NCBI GenBank assembly: GCA_036172245.1
Contig: JAYWIR010000003.1
Coordinates: forward strand, 6,944,001-7,008,000
Length of the DNA: 64,000 bases
Direction: 5' to 3'
Source: Raillietiella orientalis
Taxonomy: Eukaryota
Part shown: positions 57,124-64,000 of the stretch, piece by piece
Layout: every line of letters begins with the position of its first letter
Numbering within the stretch: position 1 is the stretch's first letter
Notes under the pieces: generated by a model
Databases searched by the model: none
What the model was told of the DNA's origin: nothing
The model's input: the letters and a program-made list of their open reading frames with translations, nothing else
Made by a program: the position numbers and the translations under genes

Positions 57124-58540
57124 GTACGTTGCATTTTGCAGCAGAGGGAGGGGGGAGTCAGCCGCAGGGAGCGCTTCCGCAGCCTGGAGCGGCAGGGAAG
57201 TGCGCGGTGAGGTGAGGCTTTCCCGGCATGCGGAAGCGGCAGGGGGAGGAACAAGAGAGAAAGAGGTTCGCTTCCCTAACGATGACCGAGGAGTTCCATT
57301 CCAGTAGGGATGGGGAGTGGGGCAGGAGAACACGCTCATGTGAGACAAGGCGCGAGTCCAGTCCCCAACTGTTCCCTCCCTTCTCTTCCCCCCGAGTTGC
57401 CTCCAGAAGCGCCGTGCAGGGAAAAGAAGAGCGTGTCAATGTTCCCGAAAGACGCGCATCCCCACCCTAGAGACGCCTCACTTTTTGGAGCCGCATGATC
57501 CCCTTCCTCCCCCCCTTCCCCGCCTGAAGTCGCCAAGCGCGGTCGGAGCGCTTGGCTTCGTCCAGCTCCTGCTCCTTCCCAGGGGGTTCCGGGCCAGACC
57601 CATCAAGCGCCTTGGAGCCAGAGGAGCGCGTTGGCAGTGCCTGCTGCCTCTGCGAGTTCTGGACCACGTGGCTGTTGCGCAGCTTATTTGCGAGCGCGCG
57701 CATCAGGTCGTGCCGTGGCGGTCGTTTCGCTCGGTGGCCGTAATCTGGCCGAATGGGCCGTGGATCCGAGCGGGAGGAAGGTGGAAAGGGAAGGCGCACA
57801 AGTCCGAACGGGGGTCCGTCCTTCCTCCCTCCTCCCCCTTCATCCCGGACAAAAGGAGGATTCGGTTCAGGAGTTTCCTTCTCTGGATCGCAGGGTCACC
57901 TGAGAAGCCCACGCCTGAGGATTCCGTGAAGCGATGGACAGGTGCGCCTCGTGACCCGGAAGTGTGCCCCTGAGATGGGAAAAGGTTTTCGTGAATCTTC
58001 TCCTGAGACGCTCTTCGGAGTCTGGGATGGATTCGCGAAAGCCCAGACGTATCTGTCCTCTTAGATGACCCCAATAGCATGAGCGAGGTGAATTCGACCG
58101 CGCCCCTTTGCGGGGAAAAAAAAGGGGGGAGGAGACGGTCCAGACGAGGAGGAAGCAGGAGGGTCGGTGACAGCCAATCGTGGGGCAGATCGATGAGAGG
58201 TTCCGGGCTCACCACGCTGCCAGCTGCTGGATCCGAATCAGGGAGCGGGCACGGAAAGCGCGCAGGAGATGCATCCAGCTGGAAGTTGGCTCTAGAAATC
58301 AGCTGATTTCCCCGGAGGTCGTCGTCGGAGCTCCGGAAGAGCAGACTGAGGTCTTCGGCGAACGCTGAGGCTCTCTACCTATGTGCTTGCTAACGTTCGT
58401 CGTGAAAGAGCGGAACGAGAGCTGAAGAACGCGCTGAGGAGAACCCACGGCGACAGGAGAGTCTTCTCCACTGATGGTAGGTCGAACGGCAGAGCAGTGT
58501 GCAAAGTTCGACAGCGTCTGCACGCAGCTCTGCTGTTCTC

Positions 58541-58922
58541 GCCGCCCCAAGGGATCAGGGGGTCGCTCACTGATGGAGGAAAAAGTTTTGCCACCCCTCT
58601 TTCCCCTCGTGTTGCCGAGGTAGGGAACTGCGCTGAAGGCGGCTGCGGGCCATCGGCCGCCAGAGCTTGATTTCGGCAGTGGCGGGTCTCGGCAGGCTGG
58701 CAACCGGTAGTGGCGTCAGCAGACCCCGGAGAAGCCCGGGGCCGAGACGTTCCGCTGCCATCGTGGCTGCTGTTAGGCAAGGCACCGACTGCTGCTGCCT
58801 CCTACACCCCCGCCTTGCAGGAAGCATCACGTGACCCTTTCAGGGAACTTCCCTCCGGCGATCCAGATACGATCCGGGTCGGAAGACTGGAGAGTCCTTC
58901 CCGGAGGGGGGAGATCCTGGTG
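58541..58922 (+). repeat. Duplicate of 56629-57026 containing the acceptor and 5' part of the Ig exon, frameshifted
   Basis: Near-identical sequence; G4 run expanded to G6; similarity stops at 58922. Confidence 0.9.
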
Positions 58923-58979
58923 TTCCTAAGGGTCACTCAGTCCGCGTGCAGCTCGTCTGTTTCCTGCTCCAGGAACACC

Positions 58980-59700
58980 TTATGTGGTATCGAAACGACT
59001 GCGGACGATTGGTACCTCCTCGCGGTTTCCACGTGGGAAAGTTCGTGAGCGATCCATCCGGGCTCCTTCCGGATTCATTGGATCTCGGATGCTCTGCTCT
59101 TTGAAGAAGACAGGAGTAAGGAAGACAACTCTTTTCCTCGTGACTTGTTTCACTGCGGAAATGACCTTTCGCATGCACGGGGGCTGCTCGAAATCGTCCT
59201 TGGTTCCCACATCAGCGACCCCAACCCGCGAATCCTCGCGACAGTCAGCTCGAAGACCTTTCCAGAAAACTTCGAACAGTGATCGAACGGAGGCGCGCGC
59301 CAGTCCATGGAGCTCCTTCAGCCGTGCTCAGCTTAAAGCACGCTCTCTCGGGAAGACTCGGCGCATTCTTTCCTATCCCCGCCCTTACCGGGTTTCGCCA
59401 GATAATTCGGGCTGGATGATGTCAGGGCCACCCGGTTCAGGTTACATAACGGACCATCGTCCATTTTGCAAGCCGCGTCACGCGCAGTTCAGCAGCTTCT
59501 TCGCGTTTTCCGGAAGCACTGGGGGCGAGAGCGAGGATGGAAAGAAAACAGGAAGATGGAAAACGCGGAAGGAGGAGATGTTTCCGCTGATGAATTGCAA
59601 GTGCAGCTGGGTTCCCCCATGTGAGCGCCAGCGTTTTCCAGACCTTCACTCCCCCTCTGTAGATTTACAGCGCCATGGAGGTGCCACCTGGGCAAACGCG
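58980..59700 (-). mobile_element. Degenerate LINE RT N-terminal fragment
   Basis: PGGPDII (like SPGPDG); the plus-strand 298-aa ORF is its shadow. Confidence 0.45.
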
Positions 59701-60380
59701 CTGCTTCCTCCATTCCGGATGGAGCTTTCCAGGAAAAATTGCTGGACCGCACCCAAGATGGCGTTAGCCTTGCAGCACGCATGCGAGGGAGCATGGATAT
59801 TTTTCGCGGGGCACTCCGGTCAACGGAAAAGGTCAAGTGAAACCGGAAAGCTCATCGTGCGGGTGCGCTGCTCGCGCTGAGGATCTTCCGAGGTTCGGGG
59901 ACGCCGCAAGCCACCCCCGCTCATGCGTCCTGCGCGGGAACTTTGGCTGCGAAGCGGGGGGGCTCGGGGCTTGGCGATCACCGAAGAAAATGGACCAGGG
60001 AGGAGAGAAACCTTTCCGGTCTCATTAGTCCCAGCTGAAATATGAGCAGAGTCAGGTCTCAGGCGAGCATACTTTAAGCTCCTCTTTCAGCCGTCAGGCA
60101 GGACGTGGGCCGCGGCACTGCGAGCAGCTACGCCATACTTCACGTACTTTATCGAGAGAGTGAAAGAAACGCTCCCATCGAGTCGCGCGGGCTGCTCAGG
60201 CGGCGGGATGTACTCCCCGACATTTGACACCGAGGCCGTTTGCTGCTGCTGTTATGTACTGGAACGCCTCGCGGAGGGGTGGAATCCTTGCCGAGCTCCA
60301 GGCGCCTGCGTCCTTCCCTGCTCTGGAACCTGAAGGTGGCGCGGATGACTTGATGTGTGTTTTTTTTTTTTTTTTTTCAG

Positions 60381-60512
60381 GATGGTCCGTAGGCGAGGAA
60401 AGCGACCGCAAATACAAGCTGTCCGTCTACAAAGTCGGCAGAAGGGACGCAGGGGCGTTCACCTGCGCTTCACCCGAGGGACTGACGAATTCGGTCGCCA
60501 TACGAGTTTCAG
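60381..60512 (+). CDS. hig: Hikaru genki-like exon (Ig domain C-terminal half)
   Basis: GWSVGEESDRKYKLSVYKVGRRDAGAFTCASPEGLTNSVAIRVS; long T-tract+CAG acceptor, GT donor at 60513; DxGxFTC Ig motif. Confidence 0.9.
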
Positions 60513-61599
60513 GTTTGACCTTTTGCCATCTCGTGCGAGGTCAAAAGAAGCATTTTACGAATCACTAAATAAATAGGCGCAGACCTACACGTACGAACCA
60601 AGAGGTCACGTGCAACGGTTCGATCCGTTTTCGTTCAACCTTAGCTTTCGTTAAGTGTTCCTTATTTATTCTTATTTATTTGCAAGCGCTCGATAGAAAT
60701 GCTCGATTGCTGAGTTCCCATTAGTGAATGTAGAAAATACACGCACGTGTACAGTTCGAATAAATGAATACGGAACATAGATTTCTGTGGATGAATGGAT
60801 CGACTTGCACAACTCCTCAGAAGTTCTTAGACAATAAAATATGCGCAAATAAGAAAATTGGGGAGGAATGTTAGAAGGTGCTTTCGACACGAATCTGGTC
60901 GGCACCTTCCTGTTTCTTCTTGGAGGATTCCCTCAGGACAAATGAGATGAAAGAACTCACGATCCTCGCACCGGATGCGAGGTGCAAGAAAACACGCCTC
61001 TGGTACATGTTCACACTGGGCGGTGGCTGCGGCGTCCACGTAGCTCACGAGAAAGGGTCCCAGTTTGAGATTTCGTCCTCCTCGAAGGTCACATCTGCTT
61101 TCTCCATAACTACAGCTACGTCGAAAGGGGATTCTGGAAACCAAAGGGTCTTTCCGGGCTTAGTGCTTGCCTTCCCACAGGAGCGACCCTGCAGTTCTCC
61201 GGGGGACACATCCGGGCAGCCTGCATCGTGGCTTCCACACTCCGTAGATTCTGACCCTGGGCAGGACCGCCTTCTCTCCTCCCCCCCGTCTGATGTCACT
61301 TCGTGCTTCCGCTCTTCGGAGCCTCGTGCGATCTTCAGGTTGCTTGAAGCGGATGAACGCGGGCTTCCGTTCTCTCTGGTGAGATGGCTTTTTTTCTCAG
61401 CCAGCGGTGTCGAGGCAGTCCGGTGCCCCAGCCTCCTATCGTTGACTCGGGAGCCGAATTCTGATCCTGGATGCCCAAATCGCCGGGAACTTCACGCGCG
61501 CGGCTGCACGCGTGAGCAACCGGCGAGCGTTTTTTCGGCGAGCCGCGGTTTTCGGGAGCCATCCTTGGTGCTGCGGAGCGCCGACCCAGCGCTGCTCCT

Positions 61600-63480
61600 G
61601 GAACTGAGCTCGTCTGCACGTGGCCGGTGACAGTCATTGTGACTCCCAATGACTGTCACCGCGAGACGGCGGAGGCGCTGTCGGCCGGTTTCAGGGTAGG
61701 GAAACCGCATGTGGTGCTGGGACGTGGGTCGTCGACGGCATGGAACCAAAGGAAGTCGGTTCGAGTGCCTCTTCCCGGTTTCGTCCCCGGAGTTGACGAA
61801 AAACCCAGAAACAGAATTCTGGAGAGTTCTCACGGAGGTGTCGAACCGGAAGGACAAACCTGTGGCAGCACCGGGCCACCCGAGACCTACGAGGAGGAAG
61901 GCAGCAGCTCGTAGCAAAACGCGTGGACCTCGTCCTCACAGAGCATCCGCCTGCTGCCAGCTGTCCGAGGAGTCAGCTGCCCAGTCTGCGATGCAGCCAT
62001 CAAGATCTTTGATTCGAACGAGGATCACTTCGCGTTTTATTGAGCGAGGAAGTGGAGATGCCAGCGCAGGATGCACGCGTTTTTCACCTCGAGAGGAACG
62101 GCAGCAGACTTCGAGTTCTATCCAGAGATTCTAAATGGCTCCACAGAGTAGTGGCGCGCAGCATTCCTTAATTAAGAATCTGATTCATTTGCATTTAATT
62201 GTCTTCATTTAAGGATGCCTTTGCATTCTCCATCAAAGCAACGATATGGAGGAAGATGGGGGGGGGGAGTCAGACGCCGGGGAAAAGTGCCGGACGCCGA
62301 ATGTAGCAAGAAGAGGTTCTGAGATCGAGATCTGGCAAGAGATTAACTCGTATGCACACAGAAGCTCGGGCCAAAGGGCGCGGAATGTCGCGGCTCCCGA
62401 GGACGAACGACGGGTGCATCCGAGTCCGGTGAAAAGTCCGCGGAGGAGACTTGGAGCTTCCCTGGGAGAAGATGCGCGGCACTCGCAACAGATTCTTAAC
62501 CATCGTCCACGTGAAATCCGTCCCGCTGGCGAGGACGTCCACCTAGATAAAACTGTCGGCCGTTCGAGATGCGGCGGCGAGGACAAGGGAGAGACATCGG
62601 CGCCGCGGCGGACGGATGGTGCGAGGGGCGAATTCGCGCGCAGCACTCAAAGTGAGCGAGTCTCCCTCGCGGGTGACAGGTGGAACGGGGCGGTCCAGGG
62701 GAACGCCCCACTGCTTGCAGGGAGTCGAGAGCTGTCATGATCGGAAGGGGAGGTAGCGCTGGGATTCGAGCCTGGCTTTCTCGGAAGCTCACGTGCACGG
62801 CTCGGACCCGCTGACTTGCCTCGGGAACGGGGAAGCTCAGGAACAGGCCGAAGAATGCCAAATCTTCCACTCGCTGAAGACTGCATCCCAAGCACCCGGA
62901 GTACTGACCACACAGGGGAGCAACTCGACCAGTTTCGTCCTGGCTCTGCTACGGATCTAGAAAGATCTCATACGAGATGGATTCCACCTTCACGGGGTTT
63001 TAAGATGCCATTAGGATCAGGGGTGAGGGACGACTCACCAGAGCGCCGATCGCTCCCAGCGGACCCCGTCCAGAGGGATTCGTGGATTCGGGTGCAGCGG
63101 TCCAGACGGAGATCGGCACGAGTTTTCTCACAGGGTGGTGAAGAACGGGGAACCTTGCAACTGTAGAGCGGCACACCTTGAAGAACTGCGCGAAGAGATC
63201 AGGACGAAGAAACGGTGGATGCTCACGAAAGAAGGAAAGTTCGAGACTTGGAAAAAGGTCAAATCGCATATGCACATGCCACAGGTTGGAGATGCAAGCG
63301 AGAAGGGATCCTGCTTGGAGTCTGGCAGAGAAGCACTCGAAGACAGCGCTTACAAGTCCCTTCTCTTGGCGTTGTTTGTGTCAGGACTGGTTACTTAGGA
63401 GACGGAGCCTCTTGTATACCGACTTGGTTCTGATGATGGCGCAGACTCTGAGGAGCCATGGAGACTTTCTTGCTTGAATT
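61600..63480 (+). mobile_element. Degenerate LINE (ORF1 remnant, APE, post-APE region)
   Basis: VRVPLPGFVPGVDEK (ORF1-like), LREEIR...FETWKKVKSH (WExxK-like). Confidence 0.45.
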
Positions 63481-64000
63481 TATAATTCACCATCGCGTTA
63501 CAGAGAGAAACATTCACATGTTTCCGAGATTCCTCACTCGCTCATCTGGAACGCTCGTCGCCCCTTAGCCTGTCGCCTCCTCGACTTGTCCTCCGTCTCG
63601 CGAGAGATGAGGTTATCCGGCTGTATCTGATTATCGGCCTTCGTGTGACGTGGGTTGCATGGATGCTCCTAAATGCACGAAGCCATCATTCGATGTCTTG
63701 CCGTCACCAATCACTTCTTCGTAATTCCAAGATCCCGCAGTACTTCGTGGATCCCAGGCTCCCAGTGGGCCAACGACGAGAGCATGCACCCTGCATTGCT
63801 TCCACTCTGTCTAGCCGGAGGGCTGATTCCTTGCACTTTTCCAGCTTGTTGCTCCTAGCTGTGCCAAAGGGCGCTTTTCCACCGCTTCCCACAGGGTGGT
63901 GAACTCCTACCGAGATTTCGGTGTCTTCTTGCCTCCCTGGATGAGTCATCTTTAACCATTCTTTTTGCATCTTCCCGTTCGTTCGCTACCGAGTGAGCGG

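Noticed and set aside
61401..61630. Next hig-like exon (TTCTCAG/..AVRCPSLL...)
   Set aside because: Phase is compatible, but it lacks the Sushi C-G-C-W-C pattern and a clear donor, and it runs into ORF1-like repeat sequence
62755..62785. tRNA/SINE B-box-like GGCTCGAATCCC on the minus strand
   Set aside because: No A-box or cloverleaf; lies within a LINE endonuclease remnant
11600..64000. Many 100-500 aa ORFs in the track (e.g. 23846-25012, 26542-27711, 29024-30163, 39608-41137, 58984-59880)
   Set aside because: Arg/Pro/Gly/Ala-rich and overlapping on both strands, as expected from high GC; at most they contain short frameshifted LINE motifs

Overview
Eukaryotic genomic DNA, most likely an arthropod, in two sharply different compartments. 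Positions 1-~11.5 kb are AT-rich and CpG-poor and hold a complete 10-coding-exon KAT6 (MOZ/MORF/enok) histone acetyltransferase gene with mostly 43-91 nt introns. From ~11.6 kb on the DNA is GC- and CpG-rich and filled with decayed L1/Tx1-like non-LTR retrotransposon fragments; most long ORFs in the track there are shadow ORFs. This compartment holds four things of note. (i) A ~3.1 kb Wolbachia-like insertion (17.3-20.4 kb) with pseudogenised prohead protease, hemA/ALAS, Wolbachia-type repeats and a putative antitoxin; its hemA is split by a host LINE with a 17-bp target-site duplication, which is internal evidence of nuclear integration. (ii) Two paralogous minus-strand exons encoding single-TM N-termini (23.5-24.9 kb). 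(iii) A lone ankyrin relic (50.3 kb). (iv) Three in-phase exons of a Hikaru genki-like Sushi/Ig gene (51.2-60.5 kb), with a partial frameshifted exon duplicate. All family assignments come from motif recognition, not database searches. No complete novel multi-gene system is supported.
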